A stretch of 64,000 bases of DNA from Methanocaldococcus sp. 28A (GTDB lineage: Archaea > AGJL01 > Methanococci > Methanococcales > Methanocaldococcaceae): assembly GCA_049852185.1 (NCBI GenBank), contig CP187540.1. One strand, 5' to 3'. Both the position numbers and the translations under genes were made by a program. The notes below the pieces were generated by a model, which was not told the DNA's origin, made no database searches, and was given only the letters and a program-made list of their open reading frames with translations. Every line of letters starts with the position of its first letter. The stretch's first letter is position 1. This document shows positions 34,992-45,090 of this stretch, piece after piece.

Positions 34992-36017
34992 TTAGATTAG
35001 ATACTCTTTAATAATATTTTTAACATTTTCGACCATTGATTTGATTTTATTATTATAAATATCTACGCCATCTCCTACACTATCTAACACATTTTCAGCA
35101 TTAACATAACCTTCAAAAAATGCTGGTGGAGCATACTTTAAACCTATTCCATAACCTCCTTCCAAAACTGATACAACACCATATCTGCTTAGCTTAGCCC
35201 CTACAAACCTATAAAAAGTTTCAGTTAAGCCCATGCTTGCTAAACCATCATTCATAAAAGCATCAAAACCAGCTGAAACTAAAACAATACTTGGCTTAAA
35301 ATAATCCAATATTGGTTCAACAATTTCATTCCATGCAAATATATAATCAAAATCTGTTGAATGTGCTGAGAAAGGAAGATTTATTTTAGTTCCCTCTGCT
35401 TCTTTGCCACCAATATCAAACACATCTCCTGTTCCAGGATAGATACCATTTTGATGAAAGTCGATATGTATAACATTCTTATCATTCCAAAAAATTTCTT
35501 GAGTTCCATTTCCATGATGTACATCAAAATCAATTATTATAACTTTTTTCATATACTTTTTAGCCAATTCTGCTGCTCCTGCTATATTATTAAAGATGCA
35601 AAAACCATTTGACATTGCTCCTAAAGCCTTACCAGAGATACCTGCATGATGTCCAGGAGGCCTTGTTAGAGCAAAGTATAAATCTTTATATTCTATAGCT
35701 AATTTTATAGCTTCTTTTGCTAACTTAAAGGCAGATAATGAAGCGTATAAAGTTCCTTTAGAGATGTAAGTATCAGAGTCATAATAGTTAAATAAATCGT
35801 TACAAAGCTTTACTATTGAATCCACATACTCTTTACTATGAATTTCTAAAATTTCATCAATAGAAGATTTTCCTTCAATTAAAATGATATCTTCAAATCC
35901 TTTTAATTTTAAACTATTTAAAATAATCTCAACTCTCTTTGGATTTTCAACATGGTAAAATTTTGGTTTGTGGTTTAAAACCTCTGGATTGTATAAAATT
36001 TTTGGCATTATAGACAC
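34992..36017 (-). CDS. Histone deacetylase family protein
   Basis: RPPGHHA, GFCIFNN, DFDVHHGNGT, LEGGY motifs. Confidence 0.93.
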   Translation of the reverse strand: MSIMPKILYNPEVLNHKPKFYHVENPKRVEIILNSLKLKGFEDIILIEGKSSIDEILEIHSKEYVDSIVKLCNDLFNYYDSDTYISKGTLYASLSAFKLAKEAIKLAIEYKDLYFALTRPPGHHAGISGKALGAMSNGFCIFNNIAGAAELAKKYMKKVIIIDFDVHHGNGTQEIFWNDKNVIHIDFHQNGIYPGTGDVFDIGGKEAEGTKINLPFSAHSTDFDYIFAWNEIVEPILDYFKPSIVLVSAGFDAFMNDGLASMGLTETFYRFVGAKLSRYGVVSVLEGGYGIGLKYAPPAFFEGYVNAENVLDSVGDGVDIYNNKIKSMVENVKNIIKEYLI

Positions 36018-36056
36018 CTAAAATAGCTGATTTAATATATTTTACAAAAAAAGAAT

Positions 36057-36110
36057 TTATAATTTTCCAGCAAATTCATAACCTTTATTAAATGCTAATA
36101 AATTTTTCTC
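36057..36110 (-). repeat. Displaced, synonymously diverged copy of the korC 3' end
   Basis: 46/54 identical to 36445-36498; encodes EKNLLAFNKGYEFAGKL*. Confidence 0.9.
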
Positions 36111-36113
36111 CAT

Positions 36114-36440
36114 CCATAGGGCAGTTTCCTTAAATAGAACATACAAATCTATACTTTACACCATCCAAAAATTTTAAATAATACTTTTAACAATACTTTT
36201 AACGATATATTATAGCGTGGCAGTCCCGATATGTGGGGGAAACTAAGCCCGAATGGGACTGCTATTAAGATGAAGATGTGGGGAGTTTCCGTTCCCCCCG
36301 ATTGCCAGCCGATGAAGTTGGGAGGCTGGAAGGTTATCCGCTACGATTCGTTCGATATGTTCCATTTGTAGCGGAGAACCAGAACGGAAACCCTATTGGG
36401 ATACCCCGATGCATTGCCTCGCTTCGCTCGGCAATGCCTC
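36114..36440 (+). mobile_element. Family-3 element with about 270 bp cargo inside its terminal hairpin
   Basis: CCATAGGG(36114)...CCCTATTGGGATACCCCGATGCATTGCCTCGCTTCGCTCGGCAATGCCTC; same frame as the cargo-free copy at 38972. Confidence 0.75.
36219..36393 (+). ncRNA. HgcC-like structured RNA (candidate TnpB omegaRNA scaffold)
   Basis: GC-rich island; stems GGCAGTCCC/GGGACTGCT, GTTTCCGTTC/GAACGGAAAC, CCAGCC/GGCTGG, TCCGCTAC/GTAGCGGA; frame 36270-36371 reads KMWGVSVPPDCQPMKLGG, resembling archaeal TnpB C-termini as recalled. Confidence 0.65.
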
Positions 36441-36444
36441 TTTT

Positions 36445-36987
36445 TTATAATTTCTCTGCGAATTCGTAGCCTTTATTAAATGCTAATAAATTCTTTTCTT
36501 CAGTTCCCTTTGGAACGCTATCTAAAATTGCTTTTTCCATACTCTCTTTTGAGACAATATTTGTTAATTTAGTTAAAGCTCCTAACATAACTATATTTGC
36601 AACAATAGGCAATTTTATTTCTTCTGATGCAATTCTTGTAAATGGAATTTTATACATTGTTATATTAACATTAGGCATTTCTTCTGTAGAAACTAAATCC
36701 TCATCAACTAATATAATTCCTCCCTCTTTAATATCATCCTTATATTTATCATAAGCCTGCTGTGATAAACAAACCAAGATATCTGGCTTTATGACTTTTG
36801 GGAAATCTATTGGCTCATCACTAATAACAACCTCTGATTTACTTGCTCCTCCTCTTGCCTCAGGTCCATAAGATTGTGTTTGAACAGCCTCTTTTTTGTC
36901 ATATAAAGCTGCTGCTCTTCCCAAGATAACCCCAGCTAAAATAATCCCTTGCCCACCAAAACCAGATAATCTTATTTCTTTTCTCAT
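36445..36987 (-). CDS. korC: 2-oxoglutarate:ferredoxin oxidoreductase gamma subunit
   Basis: SGFGGQG, SYGPEARGG, NIVMLG motifs. Confidence 0.92.
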   Translation of the reverse strand: MRKEIRLSGFGGQGIILAGVILGRAAALYDKKEAVQTQSYGPEARGGASKSEVVISDEPIDFPKVIKPDILVCLSQQAYDKYKDDIKEGGIILVDEDLVSTEEMPNVNITMYKIPFTRIASEEIKLPIVANIVMLGALTKLTNIVSKESMEKAILDSVPKGTEEKNLLAFNKGYEFAEKL

Positions 36988-37053
36988 TTTAGCTCTCCTC
37001 TTTTAATTTTTGAAATTTTATAAATAATGGTAATGTTAAAAAATATTTATTTT

Positions 37054-37863
37054 TTATTCTTTCATTTTCTCAATTAACTTATGCAATTCATCAACAAACT
37101 CTGGTTTCTCTATATCTAAAAACTCTCCAACAACTATTTTTCCTTCTAATTCTTTATCAATTAAATTTTTTGCTTTATTTAAATGAATAGAGTTTTCTTT
37201 TAAGAATTTAATCATATCAGCTGGTTTTCTTGAGATGTTGAATCTTCCATAGTATGTTGGGCATTGAGAAACAACTTCAATAAACGCAAAGCCCTTCTTT
37301 TGAATACCTTTTTTAATTGATTTAACAAGCTGAATTGGATGAGCTGTTGTCCATCTTGCTACATAAGTAGCTCCTGCTGCTATTGCCAAATTAACTAAAT
37401 CCATAGTATTTTCTATACAACCATAAGGAGCTGTTGTAGCCTTTTTACCATAAGGTGTTGTTGGTGAAACCTGTCCTCCAGTCATTCCATAGATATTGTT
37501 GTTTATACAGATGACAGTTAAATCTATATTCCTTCTACATCCATGGATAAAGTGATTCCCTCCTATAGCCGCTAAATCTCCATCCCCAGTAAATACAACA
37601 ACATGTTTGTCTGGTCTTGCTATCTTAATTCCAGTTGCAAATGCTATCGGTCTTCCATGGGTTGTGTGTAAAGAATCACAATATAAATAACCTGGAATTC
37701 TTGAAGAACATCCAATTCCTGAAACTGCAATATAATCTTCTGGCTTTATGTTTAGCTCCTCAATTGCCTTTAAAAAGCAATTTATAACAATTCCATTTCC
37801 ACATCCAGAACAAAAAATGTGTGGCAACCTATCTTTCCTCATGTATTTTAATGCAGGATGCAA
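37054..37863 (-). CDS. korB: 2-oxoglutarate:ferredoxin oxidoreductase beta subunit
   Basis: CSGCG, SGIGCS, GDGD, YGMTGGQ motifs. Confidence 0.93.
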   Translation of the reverse strand: MHPALKYMRKDRLPHIFCSGCGNGIVINCFLKAIEELNIKPEDYIAVSGIGCSSRIPGYLYCDSLHTTHGRPIAFATGIKIARPDKHVVVFTGDGDLAAIGGNHFIHGCRRNIDLTVICINNNIYGMTGGQVSPTTPYGKKATTAPYGCIENTMDLVNLAIAAGATYVARWTTAHPIQLVKSIKKGIQKKGFAFIEVVSQCPTYYGRFNISRKPADMIKFLKENSIHLNKAKNLIDKELEGKIVVGEFLDIEKPEFVDELHKLIEKMKE

Positions 37864-37929
37864 ACTACCACCTCAAAAAATTTCTAATCAACTTCTAGTA
37901 AATCTTCCAAAGGATGTTGTAAAAGCCTC

Positions 37930-37977
37930 TTAGATTTTTCTCATAATAACTGCATGACTAAGCTCAAATATTACTCC
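37930..37977 (-). repeat. Displaced copy of the 3' end of ORF 38105-38884
   Basis: 27-bp perfect match 37939-37965 = 38111-38137; encodes GVIFELSHAVIMRKI*. Confidence 0.9.
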
Positions 37978-38110
37978 CAACCTTTTAGTAAAAGGTTGAT
38001 CAAAACGGATGCATTTACCTCTTTTAGAGGCAAATGCCTCTTATATTATAGTGGGGATGAAAGATGTGAAACCCGCTCGGGGTATAGCAATAGGGGCTTT
38101 GTCCCTATGC
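37978..38110. mobile_element. Family-3 composite palindromic element
   Basis: Hairpins AACCTTTT-AGT-AAAAGGTT and GCATTTACCTC..GAGGCAAATGC; end GGGGTATAGCAATAGGGGCTTTGTCCCTATGC supplies the host gene's Ala-TAG. Confidence 0.75.
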
Positions 38111-38884
38111 TCTCATAATAACTGCATGACTAAGCTCGAACATCGCTCCAGACAGCTCATTACCAATATCTTGAATATCAGATAAGCTTAGTTCAATCTC
38201 GTCTATTTGAACTGATATAGCTACTGGTAAATATTTATATGCTATTTCAAAGAGTTCAAAAGGTTTTGTAAGTAAATCAACGGCAATTAAGCCATTGAAA
38301 CTTTTATCTTCATTGAAATTTTGAGTTATAATCTTATTAATAATAATCTCATCTCTTTCTAAAGATGTTAGAAGATGTTTAATAACTTCTTCTTCATTTT
38401 TTCCAATTCCTTCAAACACAGCTTTAACTCTTATAAAACCTTCTTCTTCAAAATCAACTATTTCCTCTTCATCATATTTACCTTTTTTATATTTCTCTAT
38501 ATCAATATCTTTTTTCTTTTTAACATATACGTTAAATCCAATCTTATAAGTATCAACAAATGATTTAAATACACTTATAACTAAAGCTAAAACCTCGTTT
38601 ATTTCATTAGCCTTAAGTTTTAATTTTTTTGGTTTTATAACTTCAATATCAGCCCCATATTTTAAACAGAAGTTTATATAATCCTTGAAGTTATTAAAAT
38701 TTATCTCAAATTCTCCAATTTTTGTATAAAACTTTAAATTTCCATCTTCTTCTATATCTTCATCCACATATCTAAGTTTAGCATTATATTTTTCTTTCAA
38801 TTCATTAGCTAAGTTTTCAAATTCTTTTTCAACAATTTCTTTATAATTTCCTTTAACTTCTTCTAATGCATGTATTTTTATCAT
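38105..38884 (-). CDS. Conserved hypothetical protein (MJ0538-like)
   Basis: 259-aa ORF with GGTGG RBS and normal codon usage. Confidence 0.8.
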   Translation of the reverse strand: MIKIHALEEVKGNYKEIVEKEFENLANELKEKYNAKLRYVDEDIEEDGNLKFYTKIGEFEINFNNFKDYINFCLKYGADIEVIKPKKLKLKANEINEVLALVISVFKSFVDTYKIGFNVYVKKKKDIDIEKYKKGKYDEEEIVDFEEEGFIRVKAVFEGIGKNEEEVIKHLLTSLERDEIIINKIITQNFNEDKSFNGLIAVDLLTKPFELFEIAYKYLPVAISVQIDEIELSLSDIQDIGNELSGAMFELSHAVIMRA

Positions 38885-38947
38885 CTTACCACCAAAAAAG
38901 TAAAAATTATTAATAAAACTTAATTTATTATTATAATATTCTTATAA

Positions 38948-38971
38948 TTATAACAAAATCTTTCCCCAGAG
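38948..38971 (-). repeat. Displaced synonymous copy of a lysS near-3' segment
   Basis: 21/24 identical to 39063-39086; all 3 changes are third-position synonymous (LGKDFVI). Confidence 0.8.
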
Positions 38972-39034
38972 CCATAGGGCTCCGCTCTATTGGATACTCG
39001 GAGATGCACTACCTCGCTTCGCTCGGTAGTGCCT
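38972..39034 (+). mobile_element. Family-3 element (cargo-free)
   Basis: CCATAGGGCTCCGCTCTATTGGATACTCGGAGATGCACTACCTCGCTTCGCTCGGTAGTGCC. Confidence 0.8.
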
Positions 39035-39039
39035 TTTAA

Positions 39040-40632
39040 TTATTTAAATAATGAATATCTTCTTATAACAAAATCCTTTCCAAGAGTTGCTAAGAAAGCA
39101 CCTAACTTTGGACCGTATTTTTTACCCAATAATATCATATACGATGCTTGAAATGCATCTCTTGGATTTAAGCCAAGGTCCTTTGCAGTTTGATAAATCA
39201 ACTCATGCAAGTTTAATGCATCAAACTCAACTGTTTTTAATTTTTCAGCGAAGTATTTAATCCACTCTTTTTGTTTATCCTTCAATTTTTCATATATTTC
39301 TTTTGCTTCATTTTCATCAATTATAACTAACTTCTCTCCATATTTTAAAGCCCAGTTTCTTGCCATTAATAATCTGTCTTTCAATTTTTGCAAGCTGAAA
39401 TCATCAATATTATCTATGTTATAGTTGTTTCTTCTTAATATCTCAAATACTCTTTCCATATCTACATCGTTTTTTTCTTCATTATAAGTTAGCTGGGCAA
39501 TTATTGAGCAGAATCTATAATGAATAACAAAAGGCTTACTTTCAGGAATTTTTGGTGTAGATAATTCATAAATTCTTATTTTTTCCTTTTCTTCTTCACT
39601 TAATTCATCTTTATCTTTATTATTAAAGTAGAATTCCTCTAATCTATCATATTCATCCACTAAGTCAGGAATTTTCTTTAAATCAAAGTCTATATGCTTA
39701 GTTGGCTTACTTCTCAATAATAAAAATCTTAAAATTTCTGGATGAGCGATATGTGTCCAATCTTTTACAGCAAACACAACACCTTTTGAAGAACTCATTG
39801 GAATTGCTTTATCTCCAACTTTTAATTGAATCCACTCATAAACAACCTTTTTTGGAGGTATATAGCTATAGATTTCTTTTGCAATTAAAACTCCAGTATC
39901 ATAAGAGCCCCCAGCAGCTGCATGGTCTTTACCCATTGGCTCAATAGTTACATTAAATATACTCCACCTTGCAGGCCAATCTACTCTCCATGGAAGCTTA
40001 GCTCTCCCTTTATATGGTTTTACCTCTCCAGAGTATCCACATGCCTCACATCTATAAGTTACTTCCTCCTTCTCACTATCATATTTTACAACCTTTGTCT
40101 TTAACTTTCCACATTTTTCACAAACTATATTTATTGGCCACCAATCATCTGGTAATGGTGAAGCCCTAAATTTATTTAAAATTTCCATGATTTTTTCTCT
40201 ATTCTCTAAAGCAATCTTTATCTTTTCATCATAAAGTCCTTTTTTGTAGTTTTCATCAGCTCTATATGTTGTTAGCTCTACTCCTAAATCATCTAAACTC
40301 TCTAAATATGGGTTTAAAAAGTGTTCAGCATAGCTTTTACAACAACCTTCTGGACATGGAATCTCACTTAATGGCATTCCTATATACTGCTCAAACTCTT
40401 TTGGTAAAAATGGATAGAGCTTTCTTAATGGGTCGTAAGTGTCTGCTATAAAGATTAACTCTGCCTCAACACCTTTATTTATCAAACCTTTATAGATTGC
40501 ATCTGCTGTCAATGTTTCTCTTGCATTTCCTACGTGGATATGTCCTGAAGGAGTTATTCCACTCGCAACGATATATTTATCTGCCTTTCTCTCCTCAATC
40601 AGTTTTTCGGCAATTACATCAGCCCAATGCAT
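39040..40632 (-). CDS. lysS: Class I lysyl-tRNA synthetase
   Basis: [33 protein letters not shown] motifs. Confidence 0.97.
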   Translation of the reverse strand: MHWADVIAEKLIEERKADKYIVASGITPSGHIHVGNARETLTADAIYKGLINKGVEAELIFIADTYDPLRKLYPFLPKEFEQYIGMPLSEIPCPEGCCKSYAEHFLNPYLESLDDLGVELTTYRADENYKKGLYDEKIKIALENREKIMEILNKFRASPLPDDWWPINIVCEKCGKLKTKVVKYDSEKEEVTYRCEACGYSGEVKPYKGRAKLPWRVDWPARWSIFNVTIEPMGKDHAAAGGSYDTGVLIAKEIYSYIPPKKVVYEWIQLKVGDKAIPMSSSKGVVFAVKDWTHIAHPEILRFLLLRSKPTKHIDFDLKKIPDLVDEYDRLEEFYFNNKDKDELSEEEKEKIRIYELSTPKIPESKPFVIHYRFCSIIAQLTYNEEKNDVDMERVFEILRRNNYNIDNIDDFSLQKLKDRLLMARNWALKYGEKLVIIDENEAKEIYEKLKDKQKEWIKYFAEKLKTVEFDALNLHELIYQTAKDLGLNPRDAFQASYMILLGKKYGPKLGAFLATLGKDFVIRRYSLFK

Positions 40633-40805
40633 AATTTCCCTCAAAATTTTTGTTTCTTCTTATATTATTTAGAATATAAAATCAAAAAATTTAAATTCTT
40701 TTAAATTGGCGATAATTTGCTAAAATAATAACTACTAAAAATAGTATAAATAACTTAGTTTTGAATAAAAAAAGCTATATTAAATTAATCATCCAAGGTT
40801 TTTTA

Positions 40806-40901
40806 AATAGGACTTTCGCAGCTTTATATTAATTTGGAATTTAGACACAATAAATGTGTCAATGTTCAATAAAAAATGTTTATTCCTGCAAAAGTCCTAT
40901 T
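40806..40901. mobile_element. Family-2 MITE-like repeat
   Basis: AATAGGACTTTCGCAG...CTGCAAAAGTCCTATT. Confidence 0.85.
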
Positions 40902-40920
40902 ATAGTTATAAATTCACTAA

Positions 40921-41181
40921 TTAATAAAACCTTAACACAATTCTCTTATCTTCTCTGGTGTGAGCCAACTCTAACAAATCATCTAATATCTTTTCAATCT
41001 CGACCTCTATAATACCATACTTGTCATGAACTAATCTTATCAACCCCTCATTGTAGTGCATTAGTTTTCCTTCAACATGAACTCTTCCAAAATATATTTC
41101 AATATACTCCCCACTATCTACATTTTCAAGATATTCCATAACTTCTTTTGGATTTTTTATATCAATTATTTCTTCAATCAT
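40921..41181 (-). CDS. DUF2097 family protein
   Basis: YIEIYFGRVHVEG motif. Confidence 0.75.
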   Translation of the reverse strand: MIEEIIDIKNPKEVMEYLENVDSGEYIEIYFGRVHVEGKLMHYNEGLIRLVHDKYGIIEVEIEKILDDLLELAHTREDKRIVLRFY

Positions 41182-41230
41182 AGTAAATAACCTCCATTTT
41201 TGTTATTAATTATAATAATTTTATTATTAT

Positions 41231-41797
<567 letters not shown>

Positions 41798-41823
41798 CTA
41801 TAAAAACAAAAATTTAAGAAGAT

Positions 41824-44118
41824 TTATTCCTTCTCGAGGTATGAATTTCTTATGTAGTTCAATATTACTTTCTGCTCAGTTCTTGCCACTACTCTTCTTA
41901 TTGTTTCTACAGCATCAATGTTTGCTGACACACTATCTATTCCCCACTCAACCAACTTCTCAACTATGTGTGGTCTGCTTCCTGCTTGCCCACAAATTGA
42001 TGTTTTTATACCATGTTTTTTGCAAGTTTTAATTACATGCTCAACCAATTTTAACACTGCTGGGTGGTCTTCTTTGTAATACTTTGAAACCAATTCGTTG
42101 TTTCTATCTATTGCTATTGTGTATTGAGTTAAATCATTAGTTCCTAAGCTAACAAAGTTTATTCCTTCTTTTATAAAGTCTTCAATGATTAACGCTGCAG
42201 CAGGAGTTTCAACCATAATACCAAATGGAATATCCTTTCCTAACTCTAAACCAATTTCTCTTGCAATTTCTTTAACCTTTCTAACTTCATCTGGATGGGT
42301 TACAAGAGGAACCATTATTTCTATATTTTTGTATCCTTCTTCTCTTAATCTTTTAATTGCCTTTAACTCACATTTTAAGATATCAACTTCATCTAAACCT
42401 CTCCTAATTCCTCTCCAACCTAACATTGGGTTGTGTTCTATTGGCTCATTTTCTCCTCCTTCTAATCCCCTAAATTCATCTGTTGGAGCATCTAATGTTC
42501 TATAAGTTACAGGTCTTGGATAGAAGGCATCTGCTACCTTTCTAATTCCTTCCATTAACGCCTCTATTAATGCCTCTTCTCCCTCTTCTTCTAAAATTTT
42601 CCTTGGATGTTTGCCCAATCCTAATATCATGTGCTCTGCTCTCAATAAACCAACTCCATCAGCCCCTGTCGCTGCAGCTCTTTCAGCCACTTCTGGCATA
42701 CTGACATTAACTTTAACCTCTGTAGCTGTAATAATTGGAGCTTGCTGCTGTATAACAACCTCTGGCTTTTTCTCTTCAATTTTTTTAATCTCTCCTTCAT
42801 ATACAATTCCTTTCTCTCCATCAACTGTAACAACCATACCATCTTTTAAAATCTCTGTTGCCTTTTTTGTTCCTACAACACAGGGTGTTCCGAGCTCTCT
42901 TGAAACAATTGCCGCGTGACAGGTCAATCCTCCCTCATCTGTTATTATAGCCGCTGCTTTTTTCATTGCTGGAACCATATCAGGAGTAGTCATTTGTGTA
43001 ACTAAGATATCTCCTTCTTTAACTTTGTCTATCTCGCTAACGTCTTTAATTATTTTAACAGTTCCAGTGGCAATGCCTGGAGAAGCTCCAATACCCTTTA
43101 ATAATATTTTTGCTTCAATTTCCTCTTCTTTTACTTTTTTCTCTTTTTTACCTTTCTTCAATGTGGTTATAGGTCTTGCTTGAAGCATGTAGAATTTACC
43201 TTTTTCATAAGCCCATTCAACATCCATAGGTTTTCCATAGTGTTTTTCTATATTTATCCCAACTTTTGCAAGTTCTTTAATCTCATCATCCGTTAAAACT
43301 TGCTTTTCCTTCATATCATCAGGAACTTCTACAACTTTTGTCTCTCCCCTCTCATCTTTAACAAACATTGTCTCCTTTCTTGCTATATGTTTATCAACAA
43401 TCTCTAATGTTTTTTTATTAACTATATATGTGTCTGGAGAAACAGAACCGCTAACAACTCCCTCTCCTAATCCCCAAGCAGCTTCAATAACTAACTCATC
43501 ATAATTTTCAGTTATGGGATTAACTGTAAACATAACCCCTGCCTTTTCAGCATTAACCAACTTCTGAACAACAGCTGCTAAGGCAACTTTAAAGTGGTCA
43601 AATCCTTTTTCTTCCCTATAGAAAATAGCCCTTGGAGTAAATAAAGATGAGAAACATTTTTGAACATATTTAACTACATTTTCAGCTCCTTTAACATTTA
43701 AATAGGTATCCTGCTGTCCAGCAAAACTTGCTTCAGGCAAATCTTCAGCAGTTGCAGAACTTCTAACAGCTACTGTTACTTCCTCTTCATTACACATCTC
43801 TGATAATTTGTTATATGCCTCAATGATAGCCAATCTCAAATCTTCTGGCATCTCTGCCTCTTCAATTAATTTTCTAATTTTTTTTGAAGCCTCTATTAAA
43901 GCATCTGTATCGTTAATATCCAAACCGCTTAAAATTTCTTTTATTTTATCCATTAGACCAGTATCTTTTATAAAATATCTATAAGCATCGGCAGTAACAA
44001 CAAATGCAGGTGGAACTGGCAATCCAGCGTTCCACATCTCACCTAATGAAGCTCCTTTACCTCCAGCAATATTAACATCTTTATTTGATAATTCATCCAA
44101 CCATGCAATCAGTTTCAT
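41824..44118 (-). CDS. ppsA: Phosphoenolpyruvate synthase (no intein)
   Basis: GGKGASL, VRSSATAED, GGLTCHAAIVSRE, GTNDLTQ motifs; 764 aa uninterrupted. Confidence 0.97.
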   Translation of the reverse strand: MKLIAWLDELSNKDVNIAGGKGASLGEMWNAGLPVPPAFVVTADAYRYFIKDTGLMDKIKEILSGLDINDTDALIEASKKIRKLIEEAEMPEDLRLAIIEAYNKLSEMCNEEEVTVAVRSSATAEDLPEASFAGQQDTYLNVKGAENVVKYVQKCFSSLFTPRAIFYREEKGFDHFKVALAAVVQKLVNAEKAGVMFTVNPITENYDELVIEAAWGLGEGVVSGSVSPDTYIVNKKTLEIVDKHIARKETMFVKDERGETKVVEVPDDMKEKQVLTDDEIKELAKVGINIEKHYGKPMDVEWAYEKGKFYMLQARPITTLKKGKKEKKVKEEEIEAKILLKGIGASPGIATGTVKIIKDVSEIDKVKEGDILVTQMTTPDMVPAMKKAAAIITDEGGLTCHAAIVSRELGTPCVVGTKKATEILKDGMVVTVDGEKGIVYEGEIKKIEEKKPEVVIQQQAPIITATEVKVNVSMPEVAERAAATGADGVGLLRAEHMILGLGKHPRKILEEEGEEALIEALMEGIRKVADAFYPRPVTYRTLDAPTDEFRGLEGGENEPIEHNPMLGWRGIRRGLDEVDILKCELKAIKRLREEGYKNIEIMVPLVTHPDEVRKVKEIAREIGLELGKDIPFGIMVETPAAALIIEDFIKEGINFVSLGTNDLTQYTIAIDRNNELVSKYYKEDHPAVLKLVEHVIKTCKKHGIKTSICGQAGSRPHIVEKLVEWGIDSVSANIDAVETIRRVVARTEQKVILNYIRNSYLEKE

Positions 44119-44246
44119 TGTTATCCCCTTTTATGTTTTAGACAATTATTAATAGTATATTGAAGATTATATAAACTTTTATGTTTACATAGATTTAAAT
44201 ATATGGATAAATTTGTTAATGATAAAATAGCAATAGAGCTTGAAGA

Positions 44247-44299
44247 TATAGTTTTGTGCAAAAGGATTTAAAACTTAGTTTATTTTGTACAAAACTATA
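44247..44299. mobile_element. Family-1 minimal derivative (53 bp)
   Basis: TATAGTTTTGTGCAAAA...TTTTGTACAAAACTATA. Confidence 0.75.
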
Positions 44300-44333
44300 A
44301 TTATTTAAAAATAGAAAAAATGAATTAAGGTTT

Positions 44334-44858
44334 TTACTGCTTAATTAATTCTTTTCCTTGCTCAATGACTATTCTACATGGAATAGGCAGTTTCATTGCT
44401 GCTCTTCTTAAAGCCTCTTTAGCATCTTGGAATTTGTCAGGGTTAACCCATACTGTTAAGATTGCTTGTCCTTCTTTAACTCTCGCTGCTGTTCCAATTG
44501 GTTTTCCAAATGCTAATCTCATACCATCTGAAATTCTATCTGCCCCAGCTCCTGTAGCCATTTTGTGCTCTCTCAATATTTGGTGTGGATAAACTCTAAT
44601 TTGGAATTTATATCCTAATCTTCCGCATTTTTTTGTTAAATATTTGTTTGCAGCAACTCTTGCAGCTTCTAATGCATTGTGTCTTATTTGAATTGGTTTT
44701 GTAGCAACTAAATTAACTTTAACTGGGAATTCAGCTGATAAGTTGCCCATAATGTAGTGAACTACTTTTGGTTGTGGAACTCCTTTAACATACTCTTTTC
44801 TTGTGTATGGTGGCTTATCAACATCCCTATAGCATCTGTTTGGTCTTAAAGAAGCCAT
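44334..44858 (-). CDS. rpl10e: 50S ribosomal protein uL16 (L10e)
   Basis: [12 protein letters not shown] and [16 protein letters not shown] motifs. Confidence 0.97.
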   Translation of the reverse strand: MASLRPNRCYRDVDKPPYTRKEYVKGVPQPKVVHYIMGNLSAEFPVKVNLVATKPIQIRHNALEAARVAANKYLTKKCGRLGYKFQIRVYPHQILREHKMATGAGADRISDGMRLAFGKPIGTAARVKEGQAILTVWVNPDKFQDAKEALRRAAMKLPIPCRIVIEQGKELIKQ

Positions 44859-44990
44859 TATCATCACCTATTTTTTGTATCTGTTTCGTATAGATAAAGA
44901 TAAGATTTTAGTGTTTGTAGTTCCTAATATATATAAAATTTATCATTCTTGCATATTCCTAACTTACTATTTAAAGCTTACTGTTATTTT

Positions 44991-45085
44991 TATAGAACTT
45001 TTGCAGGGATATAATAATTTCGTATGAAAAATTAATGTTAATAGAGCATCTAAATTCAGAGAATATACAAACTGCAAAAGTTTTA
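44991..45085. mobile_element. Family-2 repeat (degenerate)
   Basis: TATAGAACTTTTGCAGGG...CATCTAAATTC...ACTGCAAAAGTTTTA. Confidence 0.7.
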
Positions 45086-45090
45086 CATTA

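Noticed and set aside
36278-36469. 63-aa ORF in the GC-rich island
   Set aside because: No clear RBS, atypical composition, and it spans RNA stems and a repeat; better explained as a structured RNA.
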